The position numbers were made by a program, and so were the translations under genes. Below are positions 50,844 through 63,421 of a stretch of DNA of 64,000 nucleotides, piece after piece. The stretch spans positions 3,620,811-3,684,810 of the forward strand of contig NC_057757.1 of assembly GCF_004010195.1 (NCBI RefSeq), given 5' to 3'. The stretch is from Chiloscyllium plagiosum (taxonomy: Eukaryota). The notes below the pieces were generated by a model. It was not told where the DNA came from. It saw nothing but the letters and a program-made list of their open reading frames with translations, and did no database searches. Every line of letters starts with the position of its first letter. Position 1 is the stretch's first letter.

Positions 50844-51969
50844 TGCAATTTGCTAAGATTTGAATGTCCTGACCAGACGCAGTGAACAGGAGAGCAGCAG
50901 TGATTCTTCATCATTGGGATTAGACTTGTTATTATAAATTGTTTGTTCATTTACAGAAATGTGAAAAACAGCAATACAGCTGAGCAATGCTGTCTCCTCG
51001 ATCTCCCCAAGGAGCTTCCACACAGTACAAGGCAGTGTCTCTGGGATTGCATCAGCTCAGAGTTTCAAACAAGGAGTTTGTCGGCTGCCTGAAGGGACAG
51101 ATCACCTCACACAGAAAAATGCATCAACCAATTGATCAAGTGAAGAAGGTGTTCTACACCATCCTTGCCATTATTGGCATACCTGGTATGCAGTTATAAT
51201 AATTGAACTTGTTTTAATCTGCTGCTGATCTATTCTCTGGTTTTACCATTTGAACGATAATGTCTCCAGCTCACTGACTGGTCAGCCTTATCCAGACACC
51301 GGGACAGTGAGAGCAATTCACTCAGCAGCACTCTCAGTACAATTCTCCACTGACAGAGACTCCCAACTTTACTGCTGCTGCATCATTTTCTGACCTCAGC
51401 GTTCTTTCATCTGTTCCGGTTTTATAGGGTTTTGAAGGTATGAGGAGAGATCAGGCATGTCAGTTCTGAAGAAGGGTCACTGGACCTGAAACATTAACTC
51501 TGCTTTCTCTCCCAGAGATGCTGCCAGACCTGCTGAGCAATTTCTGTTTTTGTCATGCAAGTGAGGCCTGTCTTCACTAGAATTTTGAAGGCTAAGGAGT
51601 CATCTGAGTGAAGTCCGTCATGATATTAACAGGAAAAGTCAGGAAATGATAAACTATTTCGAGAGATTGGGGATTCCATGACGAGGGAGCAGAGTCTAAG
51701 AATGAGGTCTCGAGTGTTCAGGAAAGATGTTAGGAAGCATTTCTACACACAAAGGGTGGGAGAGATTTGGAAATCTCTTCCACAAATAACAGCAGATTAT
51801 GGATCAGTTGTTAATTTTAAATCTGAGTTAGTTTTTCTCTGTTAAGCAAAGGAATTGAGGGATATGCACCTGTTTTAATTTGTACAGCTTCATGTAACTA
51901 TCATCATTTCTGGAAATTCTCTCCTGTTCACTGAGTCTGGTCAGGACATTAAAATCTTGACAAATTGCA
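50844..51969. repeat. 51-bp inverted repeat pair (50844-50894 / 51919-51969) enclosing B2 promoter and exon 1
   Basis: Same repeat as at B1, with a few more mismatches. Confidence 0.88.
51119..51185 (+). CDS. GPCR B2 exon 1 (MHQPIDQVKKVFYTILAIIGIP)
   Basis: 67 nt, donor ctg|gtatgc, phase 1. An upstream in-frame ATG also exists at 50987. Confidence 0.85.
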
Positions 51970-52587
51970 CATCCGATCCCTGCATGTTGAGATGTTTATC
52001 ATGTACAGATGTATAGATTGACAGGGTAAATATCACAGCAGTCCTCAGACTCATACATTGTCACTTAGGGGGCCTTGCATGCTCTGTTCTGCTGCACTTG
52101 TCTAAGTTACATGGGATAGTTTTGTTTGAGATCTTTCCCAGCTTCTGATGAGCTGTTTCCCAGTCCTGCTACAGCTCCAATCAGAATTTTGTCCAAGAGT
52201 GATCCAAGGAGAAGGGGAGAGTTTGGCTTATTAACAGTCTAATCGCCAGTCCTATGACCAACCTAAGATTGAGGTTTCTCATGAGGTTCTATGCTTACCA
52301 GCGATGAGGCTGAGAACTGGATGGATCTCTTACATCATTCAAGTAATTACCAAAAACCAAACAAAATCATAGATTTCCTTCTGGTCTCTGAGGAGAGAAT
52401 GTGAACACACTCTCTCCCCAACATCCACAATCTCTGGTGTGACTGGGATGGAGGACAATCTGTGGTGATGTGGAACTCCTAAATTTCAAACTCACTCCCC
52501 TAACCACTTCCACGAGCACAGTGTGCCAGTTTTTGATGCAAAAATCTTATTGCTGCTTTCTGGAGCAGGCAGGCAGAATTCCTGATC

Positions 52588-52822
52588 ATGGAGTTTGCAC
52601 ATTCTCCCCGTGTCTGCGTGGGTTTCCTCCGGGTGCTCTGGTTTCCTCGCACAGTCCAAAAATGTTCAGGTTAGGTGAATTGGCCATGTTAAATTGCCCA
52701 TAATGTTAGGTGAAGGGGTAAATATAGGGAAATGGGTCTGGGTGGGTTGCTCTTTGGAGAGTCAGTGTGGACTTGTTGGGCCGAAAGGCCTGTTTCTACA
52801 CTGTAAGTAATCTACTCTAATA
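52588..52822 (+). mobile_element. 5'-truncated HE1-like SINE just upstream of the B2 acceptor
   Basis: tggagtttgcacattctccccgtgtctgcgtggg...; absent from the B1 intron. Confidence 0.85.
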
Positions 52823-52864
52823 TAATCGCATTTACTGTTTTTTCCCCCCATTTCTCTCCCACAG

Positions 52865-53757
52865 TTAATTTGCTGGCAATTACAATCCTTTCCCAGGGAA
52901 AGTGCAGTGTTTCCCCTTGCACTACTTGCTACCTGATGTTTATGGCAGCTGCTGATCTGATGGTCATTATCACTGATATTATCCTGAGGAGATTTTCCTA
53001 TTATTATTACCCACGATCTTTCCTAGAAATCACTCCTGTGTGTAGTGTTACGGGCTTGCTGAGTCGTGTTGCCATGGACTGCTCTGTCTGGTTCACTGTC
53101 ACTTTCTCCTTTGACCGATTTGTGACCATTTGTTGTCAGAAGCTGAGAACAAAATATTGCACTGAAAAAACTGCAACTGTGGTTCTGGCAACAACCTGCA
53201 CCCTATTCTGTCTGAAAAACATCCCTTTCTATTTTCAATTTGATCCTGTGATGATAATCAACAATGTGCCATTCTACTGCAAAACAAAGTTAAGTTACTT
53301 CACTGAGACTTGGTGGGTGGTATTAGATTGGCTTGATACAATTTTGACCCCTCTGCTGCCATTCGCTTCAATTCTGTTGCTCAATGCTCTGACAGTCAGA
53401 CACATTTTAGTGACCAGTCGAGTCCGGAAGAGGCTGAGGGGTGAGAGCAAAGGAGAGAATTGCAGAGACCCAGAGATGGAGAGCAGAAGGAAGGCTGTGA
53501 TTTTACTCTTCACCATCTCTTGGAGCTTCATCCTCCTCTTTGTTGTAGATTTCTTATATTATGCCATTCAAGGAATCAATCTTGACAATTACCCGCCTTT
53601 TCTGGTCCACTTCAGTGCAGTTGGACTCATGCTGAAGAGATTAAGCTGTTGCACGAACACATTTATTTATGCAGCAACATTGTCCCAATTCAGAGCGAAG
53701 ATCAGTAACGCAGTAAAATACCTGGTTACACGAATTCCTTGTGTTGTGAATAAATAA
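52865..53757 (+). CDS. GPR139/142-like GPCR B2 exon 2
   Basis: Acceptor cccacag|ttaat; 893 nt intact; 8 amino-acid differences from B1 exon 2; AATAAA overlaps the stop. Confidence 0.92.
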
Positions 53758-55979
53758 AACTCCACAGTGAAGCCGACAGGAGGGTCCTATTGTTTCCAGA
53801 CCATGAAATGATTTTCTTTGCTTCACTCGTGGAATGTGGGTATCGCTGACGGAGTCAGTATTTATTCCCCATCCCTAATTGCCCCTTGAGAAGGTACTGC
53901 TGAGCTGGCTTTCACATGGATGGAATGATGATACATTTCCAAATCAGGATGGTGAGTGGCTCGGAGGGGCTTTTGAAGGGCATAGTGTTCCTATGTGTCT
54001 GCTGCCTTTGTCCTTCTGAATGGAAGTGGTCATGGGGTTTGGAAGGTGCTGTCTCAGTATCTTTGGCGAATTACTGCAGTGCATCTTGCAGCTGGTACAC
54101 ACTGCTGCTACTGAAAGTTGGTGGGGGAAGAGAGGTGATCTTTGTGGATGTGGTGCCAATCGAGTGGGGACTGCTTCATCCTGGATGGTTTCGGGTTTCT
54201 TGAGTGTTGTTGGTGGTGCACCCATCCAGGGCAAGTGGGGAGTATTCCATCACATCCTGACAGAGAGTCCTTATCCCTGCATAGGGAGAGAGTTGAGCTG
54301 GGAACCTGCGGATTTCCCATTGTGGCACAATCCAAAGGAACTATCAGTAGGAATGGAATCTCCTGCTGGGAACAGCTTGGAACCCTCTGTAAGTCTCCAT
54401 CAAAATCAAATCCTTCGGAGGGTTATGATACAGTTAAGTAGAATAGTTAATCTGAAAAAGTTTCACTGTTAAATACATGATCTCACTCCTCCGTAACAAA
54501 TCTATCAGCCCCACACTAATGTTAAAAACAACCACCTATGAGCTGTTTCGATGTGAGAAATTGTCAGGTGATTACATGACATTATCAGAGCCCACCCAGC
54601 AAATATTTATTCACGAAGCAACATTGTTTGAGTTCAGAGTGAAATTCAGAAATGCAGTAAAATCTCTAGTTACATGAATTCCTCACATTGTGCATAAATA
54701 AAATGTATATATGATAACAAATGGCTGGGCTTGCTATTTGTTCAGCATCAAGCTGCTGAATTCCAGTGGGCTGCTTACTCCGATGCAGCCCCAAATAGAA
54801 ATTTCTTGCCATAGTCAATATCGTGGAATGAAGTCCCTTGTGTCGAAAGTGACACAATGCCACCCTCTGCTGGCCACCCCAGGCCACTGTATGAGGGATT
54901 GGGCGAAAGAAGGAGGAAATTATCAAAGCTTCAGTGAGAGAGGGATAGAGGAAGGGCAGCAGCTCACAGCACCATCCAAACTGTCAGCACCATCAACACA
55001 CACACACTCACACACACACACACACTCACAAGGTTGGTGAGGAAAAGGTTTCAATTGGACTGAGGCCCATCAACGTGGAATATGGTCGTGGAGAAATGGT
55101 TTGCTTCTCTGCAATGTGGAAATGATTTGTCTTTGAGCAGTATTCCTGACATTAGTCACATTCAATAGAGTGTTTTCCACTGCAATTGTATCCAGGCACC
55201 TCTGAGTGAACCATTCCGTGAGGAGACAGGGAGAATTTAGTTGCATTTTCTGCAGCTCACAATGATTTCTGCTGTACTCTCACAAATTCTAGTGAGAAAG
55301 GATTCAGAGATGGAGGGGATGAGACCAGCACTGGGCACGTCCATCTCCTTCACCTCATATCTCAGGGACAACATCACAAGGGACGGGTAAAACTGCTCTG
55401 TGTCTCCATTGTCATTCTTAGTAGAATGAAACTAATGTGCAATGTGAGAAACTCACAGACTAATATTTTGTCCAAAACAAAACCTGCTTCTTGTGCAGTT
55501 GCGCAGATAGCCCAGCAAAGGGTAGCATTATATCGTGGAAAAAGAGAGAGGGAGGAGGAATCCATCCCATAAACCAACAAAGACCCCATTGGACAGGCAC
55601 AGACACAGAGATACCCACAAACATAAAGACACACCAATACATTCTCAGGCTGAAGCAAACCCCAGGAGCAGGGTTTGTCCCTCATGGAGGTGAGGGAGTG
55701 TGAGAAACCATTGAGAGAGAGGGGGAGAGCTGGGATCAACTGAAATATTCACTACCCTCCAGTCTGTCCCTGTCTTAAATTCTGTTCGTCTCTGTCTGAC
55801 ATTTCCCCTTCTCTCTCCCTCAATCCCTGTCCTTCTCTCCCTCTTCCCTCGTCCCCATCCCTATCCTCTACTGGTCTCCACCCTCATCCTTGTTTGCATC
55901 CTTCTCTCCCTCTCTCCTCCCTGTCGCTGTTTTTCTCTCTCTCTCTCATCTCCCCGTCCCCGAGCCCGTCTCTCTCATG

Positions 55980-58505
55980 TTATGTGCAGATCTCCAAAGA
56001 GCAGACAGAAACTGGAGCACAAGATAAACCAGGAGATAGAATAGATGGGTAGGAGAGGCAAAGTTACAGTGATCATGGGGGATTTCAATATGCAGGTGGA
56101 CTGGGAAAGTCAGGTTGGGAGTGGATTGTGAGAAAAAGAATTTGTGGCAAGTCTGCGAGGTGGTTTTATGGAGCAGCTTGTGGTGGGGCCCACTAGGAAA
56201 CAGCCAGTACTGGATTTAGTGTTGTGCAATGAGGCAGATTGATAAGGGAGCTTAAGGTGAAGGAACCCTTGGGAGGCAGTGACCATAAGATGATCGACTT
56301 TACTCTGCAATTTGAGAGGGAGAAGATAGAACCAGAGGTAACAGTGTTACAGCTGAGTGAAGGCAACTGCAGAGGCACGAGTGAAGAGCTGGGTCGAACT
56401 GACTGGGAGAGGAGCCCAGCAGGAAAGGCAGTGGGACAGAAATGGCAGGAGATTCTGGGAGTAATTCAGGAGACACAACAGAGATTCATCCCAAGGGGAA
56501 AGAAGCACACTACAGGGAGGATGAGACAACCAGCTGACTAGGGAAGTCAGGGACAGCATAACAACAAAAGAGAAAGCATGTAATGTGGCGAAGAGCAGTG
56601 GGAAACACAGAGGGTTGGGAAGCTTACACAGAACAACAGAGGGCAACAAGAAAAGAAATAAGGAGGGAGAAGATTAAATATGAGGGTCAGCTAGCCAGTA
56701 ATATACAAGAAGATTGTAAGAGCTTCTTTAGATATATACAGAGTGAAAGAGAGGCAAAAGTGGACATTGGGCCACTGGAAATTGCCCCTGGAGAGATAGG
56801 AGTGGGGAACAAGGAAATGGCTGAGAAACTGAATAATTACTTTGTGTCAGTCTTCACGGTGGAAGACACGAGTAATATCCCAGACATTCAAGAGAGTGAG
56901 GGGGCAGAGCTGAGTATGGTGACCATCACCAAGGAGAAGATGCAAGAAAAATTGAATGACCTGAAGGTAGATAAATCACCTGGACCAAATGGACTACTCC
57001 CCAGAGTTCTAATGGAGATAGCTGAAGAGATAGCGGAGGCGTTAATGGTAATCTTTCAGGAATCACTACAATCAGGAAGAGTTCCAGAGGGCTGGAAAAT
57101 CGCTAACGTGACACCCCTGTTTAAAAAGGGAGTAAGGCAAAAGATGGAAAATTAAAGACTGATTAGCCTAATGTTGTTCCTGTGTAAGATATTGCAAACT
57201 ATTGTGAAGAATGAGATTTCTGAACACTAAGAAGTGTATGGTAAGATAGGGCAAAGTCAGCATGGTTCATCATGGAGAGGTCATGCCTAACAATGCTGCT
57301 AGAATTCTTTGAGGAAGTAATGAGCAGGTTAGACCAAGGAGAGCCAATGGATGTTATCCATCTGGACTTCAAGAAGGCCTTTGACGAGGTGCTGCAGAGG
57401 AGGCTATTGAGTAAGATAAGGGACCCATGGTGTTAGAGGCAAGGTGCTAGCATGGATTGAAACTTGGCTGTCTGGCAGAAAGCAGAGAGTGGGTTAAAAG
57501 GGTCCTTCTCAGGATGGCAGCTGGTGAGAAGTGGTGTACCACAAAGCTCAGTGTTGGGACCACAACTTTTCACTTTATACATTAACGATCTGGATGAAGG
57601 AACTAAGGGCAATCTGACAAAGTTTGCAGATGATACAAAGGTAGGTAGAGGGACAGGTACCATTGAGGAGGTCGGGAGACTGCAGAAGGATTTGGACAGG
57701 TTAGGAGTGTGGGCAAAGAAGTGGAAGATGGAGTACAAGCTGGGAAAGTGTGAGGTCATGCACATTTGGGAGGAAGAATAGAGGCATGGACTATTTTCTA
57801 AATGGGGAGAAGATTCAGAAATCTGAAGTGTAAAGAGACTTGAGAATTCTAGTCCAGGATTCTCTCAAGGTAAACTTGCAGCTTGAGTCTGTAGTTTGGA
57901 AGGCAAATGCAATGATGGCAGTGATTTTGAAAGCCTTGAATATAAAAGCAGGGATGTATTTCTGAGGCTCTATCAGGTTCTGGTCAGAACACATTTGGAA
58001 GATGGTGCAGTTTTGGGCCCCAAATCTCAGGAAGGATGTATTGGCCCTGGATGGTATTCAGAGTAGGTTCACAAGAACAATCCCAGCAATGAAAAGCTTA
58101 ACATGTGTGGAACATCTGAAGGTTCTGGGTTTATACTTGATGAAGTTTAGAAGGAAGAGAGATCTAATTGCAACTTACAGAATCCTGAACGGCGTGGACA
58201 GAAAAGATGTTTGGAAGATGTTTCCATTGGTAAGAGAGACTAGGACCCAAGGGAGGAGCTTTTAGTATGGAGATAAGGAGAAGCTTCTTCAGCCAGAGAG
58301 TGGGAAATCTATGGAATTCATTGCCATTGAAGGCTGTGGAGACCAGCTCATTGAGTATATTTAAGACAGAGATAGATAGGTTCTTGAGTATCAAAGGGAT
58401 CAAGGGTTAAGGGGAGAAAGCGGGAGAATGGGGTTGAGAAACCTATCAGCACTGATTGAATGGTGGTGCAGACTCAATGGGCTGAACGGCCTAACTTATG
58501 CTCCA
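55980..58505 (+). mobile_element. CR1 LINE, endonuclease to 3' end, degraded
   Basis: EPLGGSDH, DKSPGPNG, ANVTPLFKKG, SGVPQSSVLGPQLF, KFADDTK, QFWAP. Confidence 0.9.
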
Positions 58506-60049
58506 AAGACTTATTCACACCCTCCGCCATTGTTACACAGTAGCAGCAATTTGCATCATCTCTCAGATGCACAGTAAAAATGGCACCAAAGATCCTTAGA
58601 CAGCAGCTTCCAAACCAACAACCTCTACCATCTAGAAGGACAAGAGCAACAGATACATGAGAACACCAACACGTGCACATTCACCTCAAAGCCACTCACC
58701 ATCCTGACTTGTAAATATATCGCCGGTCCTTCAGTGTCACTGGGTCAGAATCCTGGAACTCCCTCCCGAACAGCATAGTGGATCTGCTTACACCACACGG
58801 ACTGCAGCGGTTCAAGAAGGCAGCTCACCCCCACACTTTATGAAGGAGCAACTGTGAACAGGACCAGCGATGACCACGCCCGTGTGTGAATAACACAAAG
58901 TGCATGCAGGTAAATGCAGAAATAGCAGTGAATCTGATCAGCACACCGTCATTTTTATTGGGTATGTTAGGATGGGCTATAAATGCGGTTTTAGTTAGAG
59001 GTCCCCACATCCCACATATAGTAAAAATAACTGAGATTGACAGTAGAATTTAGAATAAGGAACATCATAAAAAGTTGAAATCGAAATTGAACATCAGGTT
59101 AATAGTAGTGTCAAAGAATAGATAATGATAATGGATTGTCAGCTAATGTAAAAATTTGGTTGTTATACAACTTGGGTAATGGTAATAAGATATAAGATTA
59201 TATCCCAAAACAGCAAATGCATATAGCACACACCTAGCTGAGGTAATAAAAGAGAAATTAAGACCTGTTTTCTGGGGAATGAATAGGATGGCACAGACAC
59301 AGTGACGGCTGTGGGAGCAGAGACCCTGTGTATATTTAAGACTGAGAGATAGATCTTTGTCAGAGCAATTTACTGCAGATGCTGGAATCTGTACCGAAAG
59401 CAAAAAATGCTGGAAATCACAGTGGGTCAGGCAGCATCCATGGAGAGAGGGCAAGCTAAAGCTTTGAGTGCATTTCCATCAAAGATAGATCCTTGATCAG
59501 TTGGGGAATCAATGATTTCAAGGAAAAGGAGGGAAAATGAACATGAGGGATGTTGGATCAGCCATGTTCCTATTGAATAGCGGAACAGGCTGGAGGGGTC
59601 AAATAAATGGTAGGTCCTAGGGGAGTACTGAGGAACAAAGGGAGCTTGGTGTACAAGTTCATCGATCCTTGAAGCTGTTAGCACAGGTAGACAGGATAGT
59701 TGAGAAGGTATATGGGATGCTAGTCTTCATTAGCCAAGGAGTAGAATATAGAATGCAGAATCTGAGTGTATCTCAGAGTGTTACTGTCTTATAAATTAGG
59801 TCTTGCTGAGGAAATGGAGACCATCACATATTCAGGTGGATGGGAAATGGGCAGAAGACCATCAAGTTGTAATACTGGTGGGTTATAGAAAGGAGATGTA
59901 GTGGTAGCAGGTCAATTACCAGTAGGAGGTCATTTGGGAGCAAGGGAAACTCAAGCCAAAATACAAAACCATTTTCATCGAACTGAACAGCATCATGATG
60001 TGGTTGAATTTTGCCAAACCTGGTTCATGCACAATGTGTGTCTTATAGG

Positions 60050-60310
60050 GATGGCACGGGGGCTAGCACTGCTGCCTCACAGTATCAGGGTCCCAGGTTC
60101 GATTCTAGCCTTTGGCGACTGTCTGTGTGGAGTTTGCACATTCGTGCCATGTCTGCGTGGGTTTCCTCCCACAGTCCAAAGATGTGCAGGTCAGGTAAAT
60201 GTTAGGTGCATTAGTCAGAGGGAAATGGGTCTGGGTGGGTTACTCTTTGGAGGATTGGTGTGGATTTGTTGGGCCGAAGGACCTGTTTCCACACTGTAGA
60301 GAATCTAATC
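60050..60310 (+). mobile_element. HE1-like SINE inside the integrase
   Basis: tagcactgctgcctcacag...ggttcgattc...gactgtctgtgtggagtttgcac. Confidence 0.8.
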
Positions 60311-61547
60311 ATGTCATACATGTCAGGTAACTGGAAAACCTCAGGCAGTGATAAAACCAGTACCTTTAATACCCATTACTGCATTTGACGACTTTTATGC
60401 AAGGGTCTTAATTGATTGTGGAAGACTCCTATCTAAAACAGAAAGTGGGAATAAGTATTTGTCGACCATAATGGATGCATGCACTAGATTTTCAGAGGCC
60501 ATCCTATTGCATAGTATCATGGCTAAAATGATTAGAGAAGAGTTAATCAAGCATTTTACTAGGTACGGACTACACTCAGAAATACAATCACATGATGTGT
60601 CAAATTTTCATCAAAATTATTCAAGGAAGTTCTGAATGGTTTAGGAACAATAGAATTCAAATCCAGAAATGCAGGGAGGTTTAGAAGACAACATCAAACT
60701 TTAACAACCTTGTTAAGTGCTCAGAGTCGAGACTGTCCAGAGGATTGGGATAAAGGAATTCCAATTGTACATTTGCAAATGGGATGTACCAAATGAATGT
60801 ACCAAATTCAGTCCAGATGTATCAGTTTTTGAGCATGAGATGAGAGGACCACTGAAATTAATTAAGGAGAAGTTGTTGAATCAGAGCTCGAAGACCCCAT
60901 ATTCGGATTATACGCCAAATTTTAAGAATAGATTAAATAAAGTGGATGAGCTTGCTGGATGCCATTTCAAAGTACCACAGCATGTGATGAAGCAAGAAGC
61001 AGACAGGAAATCAAAGATTAGCAATTTTGCTCATGGAGATAAAGTGTGTATTGCTTCCAGTAACAGATTAACCTTTACCAGCCAGATTTAGTGAAACTTA
61101 TCAAATCGGAAGGAAATTGAATGAGGTGAATTACTTAGCAAGACTGACAGACAGAAAGAAATCTCACAGATTGCATCATGTGAATACGCTCAAAAGGTAT
61201 TCAGATAGGGAAGGAATGAAAACAGAGAATGTGTACTGTTTACAATACAGAGTGGGGAACCAATTTCAGAGGATTCGGAATTGGACATTTTTTCAAATTA
61301 AATTGCATAATGAATTGGTTCACAAACATTGAGAAGAATTATTGAGCTGGTGGCTTTTAGACACATGCGGCAGCATCAATTGGAATTGTTCGATGAACTT
61401 CGGGAAGCAGACTTGGTGATAAACCTGGAGCTCGCAAAAGCCCCAGTCACATTCCTGGGCCATGTTATTGGACATGGTCAGATGGCTCGATGGGATTTGG
61501 AAACAAAGGTTATTAAGGAGTTTCCCACACCATCGATGATGAGGGCA

Positions 61548-61853
61548 GTAGATTAGATTAGATTACTTTAGAGTGTGGAAACAGGCCCTTCGGTCCAACA
61601 AGTCCACACCGACCCGCCGAAGCGTAACCCACCCATACCCCTACATTTACCCCTTACCTAACACTACGGGCAATTTAGCATGGCCAATTCATCTTTGGAC
61701 TGTGGGAGGAAACCGGAGCACCCGGAGGAAACCCACGCAGACACGGGAAGAACGTGCAAACTCCACACAGTCAGTCGCCTGAGGCGGGAATTGAACCCGG
61801 GTCTCTGGCGCTGTAAGGCAGCAGTGCTAACCACTGTGCCACCGTGCCGCCCA
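61548..61853 (-). mobile_element. HE1-like SINE, near full length
   Basis: Reverse complement of the SINE head at 61790-61853; (gatta)n tail. Confidence 0.88.
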
Positions 61854-63421
61854 CGAACAAACCATACTGAAAGGACTGTAATAGTGATGTTTTGCATGCT
61901 TAGAGTCAATGTAATGTATCTGCATTTTAGTACTGTGATTCTTGGGTTCAAATGGGTTTTAGTTAAATCTCATTCTGAATTGTAGCCTTGGGGTTGCTCC
62001 ACTGAATGAAATATTTAAGAAGTGTGAAAGTTTCTGTGCACAGCGAACTTATAGAAGGCATTTGACAGCCCGAACACTGTGTTAACCACTGCCCCAGTGT
62101 TAGCCACACCTAATTACACCAAGGTGGCTCTTAGTGAGAGTGAGGTGGCTGTACACTTATAAGAAAATGACGAGAAGATAAAAAAGATTTGTTGATTATT
62201 TTTCCAGAAAATTGAATAATAAGCAACAGAAATATTTCCACAATTGAGAAGGAGACATTGAGTTTGGTGTTGGCATTGCAACATTTCAACATTTATATTG
62301 CCAGTTTCTGAGACAAATGTATATAATGATCATAAACCATTAAAGATTTCAGGAAAATTTTAGGATAAAAACTCCAGACTATTTAGATGAAGCTTATTAC
62401 ATCAACATCAAATTTTAAAATTATATACATGGGAAGACGAGAAGACATAAGACATGGGCGGCACGGTGGCACAGTTTATGGGCGGCACGGTGGCACAGTG
62501 GTTAGCACTGCTGTAATCTAATCTAATAACTGCTGTTGTGTTGCCGTGACTTTGATGAAGGAAGATTGAGGCATTCAATTGTGGAACAAACCACACTGAA
62601 AGGACTGTAATAGTGATGTTTTACATGCTTAGAGTCAATGTAATGTATCTGCATTTTAGTGTACTCATTGCATGAGACTTTTAAAGGCTTTTTAAAAATG
62701 AAGCCATCTTTGTATACTGATGGTTTGTGTTTTATAAAGGATGGAAAGGTGATGATACGGTGGCTTTAAGATGTGCATTTTGTCCTTTTTTTGTGAAGAA
62801 TGGTTTAGACAGAAGCGCCAGTGGTCTGCTTAAAGCCAATAAAGAAAACAGCTTGTGAAGCCTTGAGTTTTCTTTAAATATGGAACAATAGAAGCAGCCT
62901 GAATGGGTGGAGTCAAGCTCTCACCAAACCAGGATTTTCTAGTTTTAGCTTTCTGCAGTTGCTGGGGTCTTGAAGCTGGATGTGGAAGCTTTCTGCAATT
63001 GCTGGGGTCTTGAAGCTGGATGTGGGAGCTTTTATTCCTCTCTCAGTTACACTAACAGGGGTTCTCTTCCTGCTGCTAGAATTGTATGCGAGACAATCTG
63101 TTTTTCTGAAGTTGCCTTTGCCAAGGGTGTGTTCATGCGACGTTACTTTCTTGAAACTAGTGATTAGGAGAAGCTAATTTATATTATATTTTGTTAAGTA
63201 TTTTGATAGAGTTACAATGAATCAAATTCTGTTATTTTTAAATTGTCTATATTTTAACTGTATCGTAAAAATAAAGTTTGTTTTGCTCAAAGTCAAATAT
63301 TTTGACTGATTGAATTGCATCTGGAATGCAATGCCTTACACTTACTTTTAAAATAAGAAACCGTTTAAGTCTGTCTTATCTTCATAACATATTTTGAGGG
63401 GGTTTGATCTGGTCCATAGCA

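Larger units (their letters stand above)
59760..63421 (+). mobile_element. Gmr1-like Gypsy remnant (inverted paralogue of 23668-26960); RT core deleted; 3' LTR at 62750-63421
   Basis: PVGGHLG..ET..KI..HF (IN zinc finger), RVLIDCG.L.KTESGNKYL.TIMD..TRFSEAI (IN core), VTFLGHVIG (RT end); purine-rich tract at 62736-62749 before TG. Confidence 0.8.

Noticed and set aside
50987..51118. Extended B N-terminus from the upstream ATG (MLSPRSPQG...; also at 36886)
   Set aside because: It is in frame but lies upstream of the TATA-like box, and the MH start parallels subfamily A. Not excluded without 5' RACE.
34363..53757. Assigning the symbol GPR139 or GPR142
   Set aside because: Similarity is at family level only; multiple divergent paralogues make orthology unsupported.
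55256..55386. Possible exon (ctgcag...gg|gtaaaa), paralogue at about 32961-33092
   Set aside because: The paralogues differ by a 1-bp indel and no homology is recognisable.
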